A stretch of DNA of 63,880 bases, counting the filler, from Vannella sp. (lineage: Eukaryota), in NCBI GenBank assembly GCA_023345925.1. It is 7 parts of 7 records of this genome, joined end to end, with 100 filler letters (N's around TTAATTAATTAA, not from the genome) between each part and the next. Parts side by side here need not be neighbours in the genome. Positions count along the whole stretch, not along the records: positions 1 to 5,024 come from JAJQQN010001393.1; positions 5,125 to 14,471 come from JAJQQN010000260.1; 5 more parts are not named here. One strand, written 5' to 3'. Below the pieces are notes generated by a model. The model saw only the letters and a list, made by a program, of their open reading frames with translations, was not told the DNA's origin and ran no database searches. Below are positions 1 to 11,513 of the stretch, one piece after another (position 1 is the first letter of the stretch; every line of letters starts with the position of its first letter). The translations under genes were made by a program, and so were the position numbers.

Positions 1-425
1 CCTCGTTGCGCAGGCCTCGAGGATTTTCTCCCAATCTGAGATGTGGGAGAGTTGGGTTGGCAGCTTCTCATCTGTCTGTTTGTTCCAATGATCCACGATG
101 TGCTCGTTCGCCCCAACTCGGAGTGTCCTGCCTCTACTGCATCAAATACGTCCCTACAAGAAGAGCCCAATGGCGGTGTTCTCCAGGTCTCTCTTGAGAT
201 CTAGTCCTCACTTGTACAAAGAGCAAAGAAACGCATTATTGAGTACAGTCGACTCACTTGCGACTGTCAGATGTGAATTGCTTCCTCCAGCTAGGCCAGA
301 GGACGTGGTTGACTGGGTTGTTCACAACAGAGAGTTCACCGCTAAACGTCCGCTGGACACGTTGAAAAGTACCTTGAAAAGGGGACAGCAAGTTGGGTTG
401 GGTACTAAAAGCAGTTCATTCCGCC

Positions 426-3400
426 ATGGCCTTGGCCGTGTGCCAATCTCGTGGATGTTCGACCTCCTTGGAGACGGAGCGGATTTTGAGATGCAAAGTG
501 ACTGGTTGCGATGAGTCGTACTGCCAGAGTTGCTTTGAGAAGATCGAGGCGGAGCCAGGGAAGGAGGACCACGAGTTTGCCTTCTTGTGTGAGGGGGGCG
601 ATGGTTCTTGTGCTCTTGAAGCGGTGTGGGAGTGTCAAGAGGAGACCATCGCCTTCTGTGATGAATGCTTCAAAGAAGAGCATCAGGGGAGACGCCGAAG
701 CCACAGCAAGATTGCCCTTCAACGCAAACGCCTGAAATGTGAAGAAGTCCCCACTCCTGACGTCTTCGACGCTGCCTGCTTTGGAGAGATGAGACACGAG
801 ATCGTTCTAGCTGATGAGGAGTCCAAATGGATGCAGATCTCTGCAGAGAACTGGAACCGCTTCAAACGCGAGGCCCGTGATGAATACTCGCCCGTAGTGT
901 CGTTTATTGGCTCTACAGGCACCGGCAAGAGCTTTCTGGTGAGCTCGTTTGTGGGTGATGACAAGTGAGTTGCTTCTCTATCGCTCTAGGGACTCTAAAT
1001 GATGAGAGGAACTAGGATGGGACCTGCGGTCGCCCCTATCTCGCAGAAGGGGTCTACATCGGCCAATATCAACCTCTACCACGCTCCAGGATATGACACA
1101 GAAGAGTTCTCTTTCCGTAGGCTGCTCCTCCTCGACTGTGAAGGCGACGGAGGGACGGTTCCTGAGATGCTTCGCCAACGATGGGTGAGAACGCCGCTTA
1201 TCAGCCCTGTGAACCCGATTAACGGCCTTGAGTAGAAGCCACTGCAGAGTAAACTGAGCAAGAAGCTCAACTTGAGCCTCTCAGCGAACCGAACGCACAT
1301 CATCAGGGAGGAATTCCCCCGTTTTGCCTATCTATCAAGTGATGTTGTCGTGTTCCTTGAGACAGTTGACTTTACTCGTATCCAAGACTACTTGGCCAAG
1401 TTCCAGAAGTTCATAGATGCCACTCAGAAGGGTGTTCTCAGCGCTAGTACACCTTCTCTGCTCATTATCCAGAACAAGGTGGACCCGATTGCTGTTGGGA
1501 ACCGCCTTTCTGTGAGCGAAGCAACGGAAGACTTCCTTGACTTGGCCTTCCCACTCTGCAAGAGCTCGAAAGGAGCTAATTTGAGGCGGAGGTCAAGTAA
1601 CTCTGATTTCCAATCGATTGCAGACGATATCTCCGAGTCTGCTGAGCGAGATGGCATTCAAATGCTAGAAAGCGATCCAAGGGCATTGAACAAGCCTCTA
1701 AAGGAGGCTGTCAGACGAGGCCACACTCGTTCTAAGAGTTCTGGGAGTGGAAAGAAAGAATCAAGCAGGAAGGAAAGTAAGATAAGTCTTCATCGCAACG
1801 AAGCCAATGAGGCCAGTCCAGTGGCGGAAAAAAGGAGAAAGCGGAGCCACCATCCACGAGAAGGAGCATCCAGGCTGCGTTCTTTCGCAAAGATCAAGGA
1901 GAAGGGTAAACCTTTAGAGAAAGCTGAACAAGAGCTGGTACCGTTGGAAATGGATCACCTCGACGATGATAACGGGAACGAAATGAAATCTAACTCGCCC
2001 CGGAACGAAAAAGGTCTTCCTGTTGACGCCTCCCCTCCAAAATCACAAAAAGGCCATTCAAGAGAGGAAATTTCGCAAGCTATTAACATTCCCGTTCGTC
2101 CTGATGAGCGAACCAGCCAACGTTCTCCTTCGTTCAAAATCATGTCGCCGGGCAAAGGGACACACCGCCTCCCGGAAGATTCTGTTCCTGCTCGGGCTTT
2201 GAACATGCTTCAAGGAGTTGAAAATGAGGTAACTCGGCTCCTTCCCCCTGGTATGGCAGAACGAGTGGAGAAAGTTAGTCTCAATGTGAAAGAATCTGTT
2301 GGAGGAGTGGCAGACCGAATGAGACAAATGCACGGGAACATCGCAGAGAGTGCTGACATTCTCAAAGGAAGGATGCGATCTGACGCTGCAAACCAAATGA
2401 GTGAAGAAGAACGCGTAAAGGAAGACAAAAGACGACGAAAAGAGTTTTTGAGTAGCTTCGAGTTGATTCGATGCGTGCGCATCCCTAATTACCGCTATGT
2501 TGGAAGCATTGAGCCTTATCTTAAGGCATTCCGAGATGAAGTCAAGAAGATGATTAACCACCACGCCGCAAAAAAGCTGAAGAATGGGACAAACTACTCC
2601 GAAAGTATCTGGCTAGACATCACCAAAGAGCTTATACAGTCTTGCACGTCCTTCTCGGACTCCAACGTAGGAATTCGGATGGCTCAGATTGTTGGCAAAG
2701 TGATGCAACCTGCCACAGGAGAGGGGTTATCCAACTCCATCTACCATTTCTTTAATACCCTCCTCCGAGATCAAGTCAGCAAAGAGCACTTTCTCGAGAT
2801 CCGTGCGGTGACAGAGAATTATCTGACTCTCATCTTGGCTAACCAACTACGCAAAACGGGCACCAAAATTGAGTCTCGTTCCCTTTTGGAGGACCCAAAG
2901 CACCCTTTCCGTGAGTTGTGTCACCACATGTTCAACTCAGGGGTGACCGCTATCTCGGGTCTTTGTCCGTGTGAGTTTAAGTCTCGAAAGGAGGCTTGCA
3001 CCCAACTGAAGAAGGACCATGGAAGCCTCCACCGGTTCAATAGCGGCAAGAAGAAGAACGGATCACTGGTATTCACCGAGCCAGAAGGACTTCTATTGAG
3101 CGACCGTGAACAGGAATTTGCTTCTGGTGTCTACAAAAACCTGAAAATTTTCCATGCTGATGTAAAAAGATCAATTTTGATGCGAATCGAGAGTTTGGCA
3201 GCGATTGAAAAGCCGCCAATGATGAGGAGCAAGGCAGTCAGTTCAGAATTCCCTCGCTGCCTTTTGTGCTTCTCAAACCCCCATGATACGCTGCTGCGTT
3301 GTCGTCACTCTTTTTGCAAACATTGCATGAAGGAAGCGGAGGAGTCTGGAATGCCCTCCCTTTGCTGTCCTCTTTGTGACGAACCAATGGGTCTAATGGT

Positions 3401-4751
3401 AGATCTCTATCGTGTTCCTGGTCGTGCTGGATATCGAATCCTTTCGCTAGATGGAGGAGGAACCAAAGGAATCATTGAGCTGGTCATTCTCACAAAGATC
3501 ATGGAAAAGCTGCCAGGATGCTATCCTTACCAACTCTTTGACCTCATTGTTGGCACTAGCACCGGTGCCATTGTCGGCGCCGCTGTTGGACTCGCCAAGA
3601 AGAGTGCCGAAGACGCACTCACCCTTTACAAACAGTTTCCTGCTCAGATCTTCAAGAAGACTGCCGTTACAAACGTGAATGTCCTCAAGCTTGCTTATCT
3701 CTTGATGGGAGGGAAGCATTTGTATCGCATTAGTGATTTGGAAACTGTGCTTTCTTCCTTGTTGGGGCTGGACTGCGATTTTATCGAGACAATTAATGAC
3801 CCCGAGATCCCCAAGGTTGCCCTTGTATCAACCAATTACTCTGACAACCCAATGCACCCAACACTCTTCTGTAACTACAGTCCGAGCAACACACTCTCCC
3901 AGTATGACACTGTTGATTACTGCTCAACGTGCAAGATCCATCAGGGGATGGTAGCATCAGCAGCGGCACCTATCTTCTTCAAGCCATATAAGATAGACAG
4001 TACACTCTATATTGATGGCGCCCTCTCAGCAAACAATCCAACGGAGCTCGCTGTCAATGAAGGGGTGAGATTGTGGCCAGACCTCCAAATAGACATGCTC
4101 CTTTCCCTAGGCACTGGAATTGCCCCACTTGGTGACACAGTGTCTGATTCTCTCTTCTCATGGGCAGCGACTTTAGCAGCTCAAGCAACAGATCCAAACG
4201 TCATCCACCAGAGAGAAAAGCTGAAATTCGCTCGGATGAGAGAAGAGCGAGGCTCTTTGGCTGATCGGATTTACTTCCGACTGAATCCAACCGAAGTCAC
4301 AGTCGACATTGATGCCACAAACATCAAAGTCTTGGAAACGCTGTGCGAAGACACCATTGCCTACCTGGAGACTCCTTCTGTGAAAACGGAAATGCAAGAG
4401 CTGATTAGCACGATTATAGCGAAAGGCTTCTATGTCTCTTCTGAGGTGGACTTTAGTCCGATAGCTGAAGAGAAGATCAAACTCTCTTTCTCTGTATTAA
4501 CGCGGATTCCTTTGGACCTTCCTGGGCATAAGCTTATGCTCACTTATGAACCTCAAGGGAAGTGCCCTCCGATTGAGCAGACTTCAGATGAGGTTTTGGA
4601 AGATAATCGCTCTCATCGGATAAGCTTTGTTGCCCCTCTAGGGGCTGTTATTGGGGTGACTGTCCAACTGGTTATCGGCCCTAATGAGGCACCTCTGCAC
4701 GTCTCTGGAAGCCCTTTCTCATTGGTAGGTCACTCTCATTCCTTTTCCTAA
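426..4751 (+). CDS. Multidomain protein (~1407 aa): B-box-like Zn fingers + P-loop GTPase + RING finger + patatin-like phospholipase; exons 426-964, 1016-1184, 1236-4751
   Basis: GCCATGG start at 426. Two 51-nt GT-AG introns (965-1015, 1185-1235) join three ORF-track fragments in frame. Motifs: two Cys/His clusters; GSTGTGKS (G1), LLLDCEG (G3), NKVD (G4); CLLC...CRHSFCKHC...CPLC (RING); DGGG, GTSTG, DGA (patatin). Confidence 0.85.
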
Positions 4752-4816
4752 CTAACAGAATCCAGACCATCGCTCCTGGTCAAGGCCACGTGAAGCCGTG
4801 AACAAAATGGCATTCG

Positions 4817-5024
4817 TCATGATGACGAATCATCCACTGTTATTACGTAATAAATGCGGTGTTGCATAGAACTTTCAAAAGAAAGTTTCTCTCTAATTTG
4901 TCCAATATCCAAACTATCTGACTGCTCTTCTTCTTCCTCATAAACCGAAATCCCTTCTTCCCTTTTTACCGAATCATTATCATTATCATCAGACTCATAA
5001 TACATACTACTTCTTAATTTCTCC
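4817..5024 (-). CDS. 3' end of an unidentified acidic protein, truncated by contig edge
   Basis: Frame is open from the gap to the stop at 4817. No recognisable motif. Confidence 0.35.
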
Positions 5025-5124
5025 NNNNNNNNNNNNNNNNNNNNNNNNNNNNNNNNNNNNNNNNNNNNTTAATTAATTAANNNNNNNNNNNNNNNNNNNN
5101 NNNNNNNNNNNNNNNNNNNNNNNN
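5025..5124. other. Artificial contig linker (N44-TTAATTAATTAA-N44)
   Basis: Identical 100-nt spacer with stops in all frames; occurs six times in the window. Confidence 0.99.
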
Positions 5125-5524
5125 AGAAGAGGAAGAAGAGGAAGAAGAAGAGCTGGAGCGAAGATGGCCCCTCCCCACACTGCACCCAACTCTTGTACCG
5201 CTCTTTTTCTCGCCTTTCAAAGGACCCAAATCGTCTTCACTGCTCAATAAATAGACGCCGAACCCACTTACAACTCATTCGTTCAAGGTGCAGTCTTCCC
5301 CTCCCGTCAATTGAGTCACTTCTTTCAAATTGACTTTTTGTGAGAATCAAGCGGAATCTCACGTTGTCATCATACACCGGTTCCGTCTCCAGAGGGAAGA
5401 GTGGAGATGAGAGAGAAGAAAGTCAATTCATTGGCCAGAAGGAAGAAAGTTGGGCCCAAAGAGACTATCAAATGGGCACACTTTTTCAGGCCTCTTCTCC
5501 AAGGAATGGAATCCAACCACGGCA

Positions 5525-6241
5525 CTAAAAGGCATCGACCTTGTACTGAACCTTGGTTCCCACCTGATGAATGGAAGTGTTCAGGCTCCGAAGTTCAACT
5601 TCTTCTGCATTCTCAATCTCGACTTCCTCTGTCTCCTCCCACTCTGCAGGGACCTCGACACCTTGATCAGTGTACGCTAGAAGGTCAAACTTGACTCGAG
5701 TCTCTATCAATGGCAAGTACGTGACGGAAGCGCAGATCTGCCTGATGATCGCTTGAATGTCTCGTTTGATCGCTCCGCGATCTGCCGTGGCGGAGCTGTC
5801 CAGGTGAGTGTTCCATTGCAATGAGGAGAGGATGCCTTACTTCAGAGGCTGATCGTTCTCGTCGTTCTCCACCTGTACGTCAAAAGTCCACATCTCGATG
5901 GGCGTGTTGTCGTGGAGGGAGCTGATGACTAGGTTCAGACGAGAGAGGTTGTGGTTCTCTAGCCAGAGGCCCACTTGCTTCATGTACTTCTGGAGGAACG
6001 AGACCAGCTCGGGGTCGTCCGCAACGAAAATAGGGATTCCGTACTTTTGAACGCGCTTAAAGGAGCTTCGCGGGTAGATTCCGCGCTGGTCGAGGATGCT
6101 GCAGATGCTATCTCCAAAGAACTGGCGCACAATGTCGCAAGACCCTTTCAAGGTGAGTGTGTTCTCAACGAGTGACGTTGTTCGGCTCTTCCCTCCCGTC
6201 AATAACTCTCACCTCCGCTGACCAAGACAAGTACTCACCAT
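5525..6241 (-). CDS. MAD2: Spindle checkpoint HORMA protein Mad2; exons 6241-6239 (ATG only), 6187-5841, 5795-5525
   Basis: TLTLKGS...SIL.QRGIYP...F.RVQKYG and IQAIIRQI.ASVTYLP...LRSLNTSIHQV are Mad2 signatures. Introns 6188-6238 and 5796-5840 restore the frame. Confidence 0.95.
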
Positions 6242-6291
6242 GGCTGCTGAATGCGATATGAATGGTGTTGTCAGCTCAACTGAATTGTAAC

Positions 6292-6323
6292 TTTCCCGCC
6301 AAAAAAAAAAAGAACTTCCCAAT
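6292..6323. promoter_or_regulatory. E2F-like site TTTCCCGCC (6292) and CCAAT box (6319) upstream of MAD2
   Basis: Exact match to the E2F consensus TTTSSCGC ~50 bp upstream of the MAD2 ATG. Confidence 0.5.
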
Positions 6324-6334
6324 CAGTGCAATGT

Positions 6335-8044
6335 TTATTCTTCAGATAAAAGGAAATCGATGGCTTGGTCTAAGTTATTGCCGCATCTTTCCAATGTTGC
6401 TCTGCAGCGAGATGAAGAGAATCCCAAATTCTCGAGTGCGGCAACGTTTTGCTCCAACAGGTGATCAAAGGGCTTTGGAGGTTCTTCGAACTTTTCATTC
6501 GAAGGTGGAGGTTGGTGATAGCCGTGGGCCTCTCCCCATGAATCCATTGGATAGTATGGATCCTGGGCAGGCTCGTTTTTAGAGAACTCATCGCGCCGAG
6601 GGGAGGGTGAGATATCTTCCGCTGCGAAGTTAATCACAATGGGAGAGAGAGGGAGGATGAGGGTATCGTCTTCAGAAATGATCATGCATTGTTTCCATGA
6701 GAGCTGCCCAGCTGCTGCGGCAGATGCAGGGAACGTGATGCCGACCCTGGCCTGCGCGCCTGGTGCAAGTGGGGAAATCATCGCGTCCAGCCCGATTTCA
6801 GCCCCAACTACCAGTCGAGTACCTTCTGGCCAGGGGACATCTCCAGTATTCATGACAACCCAAGACTTGTTGAACTCTTTGTTGGCTGGCAGCTCCGACT
6901 CATTTGCAGGAGATCCACTCTCCATCTCTTTGCCTTCATAATGTACCACTTGGGCCTCAGGTTGAACTGGTGGCTCCCCGGTCCCAAAGGAGAAAAACGA
7001 GGGTCCTGATTGAGCGGGGGGTTCCTCTTGAATCTCAGGCTGAACTGGTAGCGGCCCGGTCCCAAAGGAGAAAGCCGGTTGAGCAGCGGGGGGTGCAGAA
7101 TCCTGATCGGCTTTGAGGTTGAGAGAGCTGGTATGTTCATCTTCCATTGGTTCTTTCTTCATCTGAATGGGTTTGGAATCAGAAGAGGGCACTGAGGCAT
7201 TGCTCACTTCTATCGCACTCTGGTCTCCAGAAGACAGTTGGTCAGTACCTCTTGAAGCTGACAAATCTGATAGCTGGAAAGGTGAAGAGTGAGGCTCCTG
7301 TGGCTGAGGAGGGACCTGAGATACTGTCCGTGGGTCCTGGATTCCCATTTGCAAGAAAGAAGAGATGTACGCTGATTCAAGAGGAGCAGACCCTTCTCCA
7401 ATGTGTGTCACCGAGGAGCTGTCAGGAATGGAACCGAAATGACTTGGTTCAGGGTGGGGCGAGCCATTGAAGGATCCAGAGTTGGGATACATAGTGCTAG
7501 CGTGTGTCGAACCAGCGAAGGGAGAACCAGGGTAAGCAGTGCTGGGGTAAGGAGAACCAGGATACGCAGTGCTGGGGTAAGGAGAACCAGGATAAGCAGT
7601 GCTGGGGTAAGGAGAACCAGGGTAAGCGGTGCTGGGGTAAGGGGAACCAGGGTTGGTAGTGCCAGGGTGTGTACCAAGATAGGGGTAATCAGAGTAAGTG
7701 GTTACAGGTGGGTACGGTCCAAGAACCGAGCGCGTTACAGACTGGCACATCGTAGAGGCCAAGATGTCGTCGCTGCGCTGTCCAGGTTGGACGACGTAGA
7801 AGCGTGAGTTGGTCAAACGAGTGATTTGATGAAGGTGACTGATAGCCTCCACTAACTCCTGGTCGCAAGAGACAGTCACCAGCTCCTTCTCCTCGTCAAA
7901 GTACTTCAACGAGAAAGCTACCTGCTGAAGCTGAAAGGCGCTCCTCACGCGATCCAGTACATCCTGATAGTGCACTTCATCTGCCTTTAAAGCTATCCTT
8001 CGTACATCATCTCCCCGAGAGACCTTGAGGACGACCCTGGACAT
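6335..8044 (-). CDS. NBR1: NBR1-like selective autophagy receptor (PB1, FW-like Ig domain, UBA)
   Basis: N-terminal PB1 (VVLKVSRGDDVRR...LKYFDEEKELVTVSCDQEL), FNKSWVVMNTGDVPWPEGTRL (NBR1 FW domain) and C-terminal UBA (LENLGF...NNLDQAIDFLL). Intronless. Confidence 0.8.
   Translation of the reverse strand: MSRVVLKVSRGDDVRRIALKADEVHYQDVLDRVRSAFQLQQVAFSLKYFDEEKELVTVSCDQELVEAISHLHQITRLTNSRFYVVQPGQRSDDILASTMCQSVTRSVLGPYPPVTTYSDYPYLGTHPGTTNPGSPYPSTAYPGSPYPSTAYPGSPYPSTAYPGSPYPSTAYPGSPFAGSTHASTMYPNSGSFNGSPHPEPSHFGSIPDSSSVTHIGEGSAPLESAYISSFLQMGIQDPRTVSQVPPQPQEPHSSPFQLSDLSASRGTDQLSSGDQSAIEVSNASVPSSDSKPIQMKKEPMEDEHTSSLNLKADQDSAPPAAQPAFSFGTGPLPVQPEIQEEPPAQSGPSFFSFGTGEPPVQPEAQVVHYEGKEMESGSPANESELPANKEFNKSWVVMNTGDVPWPEGTRLVVGAEIGLDAMISPLAPGAQARVGITFPASAAAAGQLSWKQCMIISEDDTLILPLSPIVINFAAEDISPSPRRDEFSKNEPAQDPYYPMDSWGEAHGYHQPPPSNEKFEEPPKPFDHLLEQNVAALENLGFSSSRCRATLERCGNNLDQAIDFLLSEE
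7521..7650 (-). repeat. 30-bp tandem repeat (~4.3 copies) encoding YPGSPYPSTA
   Basis: Unit ggagaaccagggtaagcagtgctggggtaa is directly visible. Confidence 0.95.
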
Positions 8045-8104
8045 GGGAAGGGAAGAGGAAATGAGTTTTCCAGTTCCCCTCTGTCTGATGCACCCCAGAG
8101 CAAG

Positions 8105-8998
8105 TCAGCTTGTTCGTTTAATGTAAACGACGTAAAGGAACCCCAACGCAATCAAGGAGGAGGTGAAGGCGAGGAGAATGATCGTGTGTCGAAGGCGGCG
8201 GCGTTTGATCGCTTTCATCGTTTGATTGACCTGCGGCATGCTTCCTTTGGGGTTGTTTAGCGAGAGAAATACAAGGATATGAGGAGGTGGTACCTTTGGC
8301 GAGCTCTCGGAGACGAGAGGCTCCGGAAGTGAGGAAGCGACCTTGGCCTTCAAGGGCAGAGCGGATGCGATTGCCATTTCTGCTTCGCAGTGAGATGTGG
8401 GTCTTGATTTAAGCGGTAAAGGTTACTCTATAAAGTCATCTGCTCTTCCTTCTATCATGCCAAGTGACACCTTCTCTTCTACGAGAAGATCCATCTTGTC
8501 ACTCGACTTCTCCTCCGGAGTACTTGCTGAGTGGAGGAGTTGGAGTCTCGCTAGGAGCTCCTCTTCCATCCTTTTCGTCTTTTGGAATAGTGTCTGTTGG
8601 TCACAAAGACGGACTCGATGGGAGTGGACAAGGGAACGATCACGTCCCTCTTCAGGAAGCCCGACCTCCATTTGCGCGATCTTCTGCTCTAACTGAGCAC
8701 AGTGAGTGATCCTCTCCATAGCGTGGATCGCTCACACCTCAGAAAGCATCGTTGAAACCTCTGTGGACAAAGAAGACGACTCAGAGGATGGCGATGACAC
8801 TCTCAAACGTTGCACACTGCCCGAATAGCGTTCCTGTAAGGACTCCAAAGCCGCCTCCATCTTCCTCGCCACGACCCTTGCCTCTGCAAGCTCCCCTCCC
8901 GTCAAAGGGACCACAGCTGGGTGGGTGGGGGAGTGAGAGACCTCTGTCGCCCACGGCGCGTCCTCGGTCGAACCAAAGCGTATCCCCTTGCTTCCCAT
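8105..8998 (-). CDS. Golgi Qb-SNARE, Gos1/GOSR1-like (4 exons; alternative start 9016)
   Basis: Spliced product ends ...IRSALEGQGRFLTSGASRLRELAKGSMPQVNQTMKAIKRRRLRHTIIL plus a C-terminal TM anchor, the Gos1/membrin pattern. Confidence 0.7.
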
Positions 8999-9056
8999 CC
9001 CCAGGAACTGCTCCATCAGAGGGGAACTTAGGGGAAGGGATCATTTCGTGCGGGCG

Positions 9057-11513
9057 ATGCGCGGTGGGTGGGACAAGAGCTCTGTCGGAGACTTTGTCAA
9101 TGGACAGTTTGTTGCAGCTCCTCTTGGTGCTCCTCGTGTTGCTCCTGTTGCTCCTGTTGCAGAGGATCTGAGTGAGTGTCTCCCTCCAGGTCTGAAGCTA
9201 CCAGTGAACCGAGCAGGTTCCTCGGTTCCTTCTGGGCTGGTGGACCTTCCTGATTCAGGTCCTTTCCCTATTCCCCGGTCTTCATTTGAGCAAGAGACGT
9301 CTTTCTATCGAAGTGAAGCAGCAGGCCTTCTTCCCCTTGGCTTGTTTGGAAGTCCGCAATCTTCCCCCTCTCTCTTTGGTCCCCCTCAAGCGGGCCCAAC
9401 GCCCCCCTTCGGAGCTTCCACAAGAGTGTTCAATGTAAGTGACCTTGAGAATCGGTTGACAGCCGAGTCTGCCAACCCTGGAGGGAGCTTCTTCAACCAG
9501 CCAACTGAACCGCCTCCTTTTCGGCAGTTTCTTGGCGTAGAGGCTGCCTATCCCATCTCACAACACCCATATCAGGTCCCTGGTTATGGTAGTGCGAACT
9601 CAACCGATGCAGAAAGTCTCTCTCATATGCTGGAGCGCGCACGTCTCCAGGATCCACCAGGAGGTGCATTCCCAGAGCACCAAGCGGCGGAAAGGCGAGC
9701 TTTTTCAAATGCTCCGCCGCAGCAGAACTTCAGGGAGCCCTTCGCAGGGTTGGGAAGCCCCTCTCCTGCCATTCGCCCTTCCCGCGAGGAGCTCTTCGCA
9801 ATGCAGCAGCAACAACAGCAGCAGCAGCTCCAAGCATTACGTAACATGAGTCCTCAGATGCAAGAGCAGTACATTCGAATGCAGCAGCAGCAGCAACAGG
9901 AGCAACAACGGTTGTATCAGATGCACATGGCGCAACTGAGAGGGATGACGCCGCAGCAGCAACAAGAATATCATACCTTTATGCAGCAACAGCAGAACCA
10001 GAGAATGTCTCAACAGCAACCTCAATTGAGACCATTCCAACCAGACGGAAGGAACTTCAATGAGGTCCAGAGACCTTTTGCAGCCACAGAAGCACCCCAG
10101 GAACCTCCACTTATAGCTAGAAGAGAAGAATCTTGGGCTCACACCCCTCAAACCCAGGAGAATCGGCAAACTCCACAAAGCGAAACCGGCAATGCTCGGC
10201 CCCCAAGACAGAGGCTGGTCGTCACTGATGTTGGCCCAAATGATCCAAAGCTGACTCCAGAGGAAGTTGGATTTATTGTGACGCGCATCTCCGATGAGGA
10301 AATCGAACAGCTGGAGCGGGAAGAGCGGAAACAGGAAGAAATGTCAAAGATCATCCTTCCTCCCCCTCCACCCGATGACAGGAGGACTGGCACTTACCTC
10401 ACTACTCGTTCTAAGCGTATTCTCGGGAAGGTATGAGCTTTCCATTGAATGCAATGCTCCTAGCTTACATCATTTCAGCTGCCTCCCCTTCTTGAGAGAA
10501 AGGAACAAAGGATCAATCAGGCTATCACTTCACTGCTAGAGACTCTGCAACCCCCTTCGGCTGCCAAAGCCAACAGGGAGAATTTGCTGAACAAGATGCA
10601 ACTCATTGTCGACTCCATTTGGCCAGGCAAGGGAGCCAAACTTCATCTGTTTGGTTCAAGTGCGAACGACTTCTGCCTGAAAGGACATGATGTTGATATG
10701 TGCCTCACAGTGGATCCACTTATTGGTGAGAAGGCTGACATCATCACTCTTCTTGCAAACGCATTGCCACCTGACCAAGTGAAAGATGTTAATCCTATCA
10801 TCTTTGCTCGAGTACCTATTCTGAAGTTCAAAGATATCCAAACTAACCTCTCATGCGATATCTGCATCAACAACATACTTGCTCTTCGTAACACGAAGCT
10901 GTTGGCCGACTATTCTGCAATTGATCCACGGCTCCGTATTTTGGTGCTTGTGGTCAAATTTTGGGCTAAGAGGCGCTCAATTAATGAGCCGTTCACTGGC
11001 ACTTTGAGCTCTTATGCGTACGTTCTAATGTTAATTCAGTTCCTGCAAACTCGAAGTCCCCCTATTCTTCCCTGCTTACAAAGAGCCATTGATAGCAACA
11101 CCCCTCAAGTCACCATTCAGGATTTCAATTGCACTTACAATGAGGACATTGCCAGTTTTAAGAACTTTGGAAGGAACAATAGAGACTCACCGGCTAAGCT
11201 CCTAGTGAACTTCTTCCAGCTCTACGGATTCGAGTACGATTACATTCATTCAGTTATCTGCGTGAGAACAGGCGGTTTTGTCTCCAAAGACGCAAAGCAG
11301 TGGATGATCCCTTCCAATCCCCGCGAGTGTTCCTTCTTTGCGCTTGAAGATCCCTTTGACACAACTCATAACTTGGGCCGCGTGGTTCATCGAGTGGGAG
11401 TGGAAACCATCCGCAATGAGTTTGAGCGCGGATACAAGATTCTGGTCAAAACTGGTGATTTGGAGCGAACCACACGGCAGTACACAGAAGAGAACCCAGA
11501 CACTCGATGGTGA
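9057..11513 (+). CDS. Cid1/URT1-type terminal uridylyltransferase (~802 aa) with long disordered polyQ N-terminus; intron 10431-10478
   Basis: LFGSS...DVDMC...CDICINN catalytic aspartates, GTLSSYAYVLM, and LEDPFDTTHNLGR (nucleotide-recognition motif with the His typical of TUTases). Confidence 0.9.

Noticed and set aside
1..330. Possible minus-strand multi-exon gene running off the window start
   Set aside because: An open frame and splice-like signals exist, but no start codon or product could be supported.
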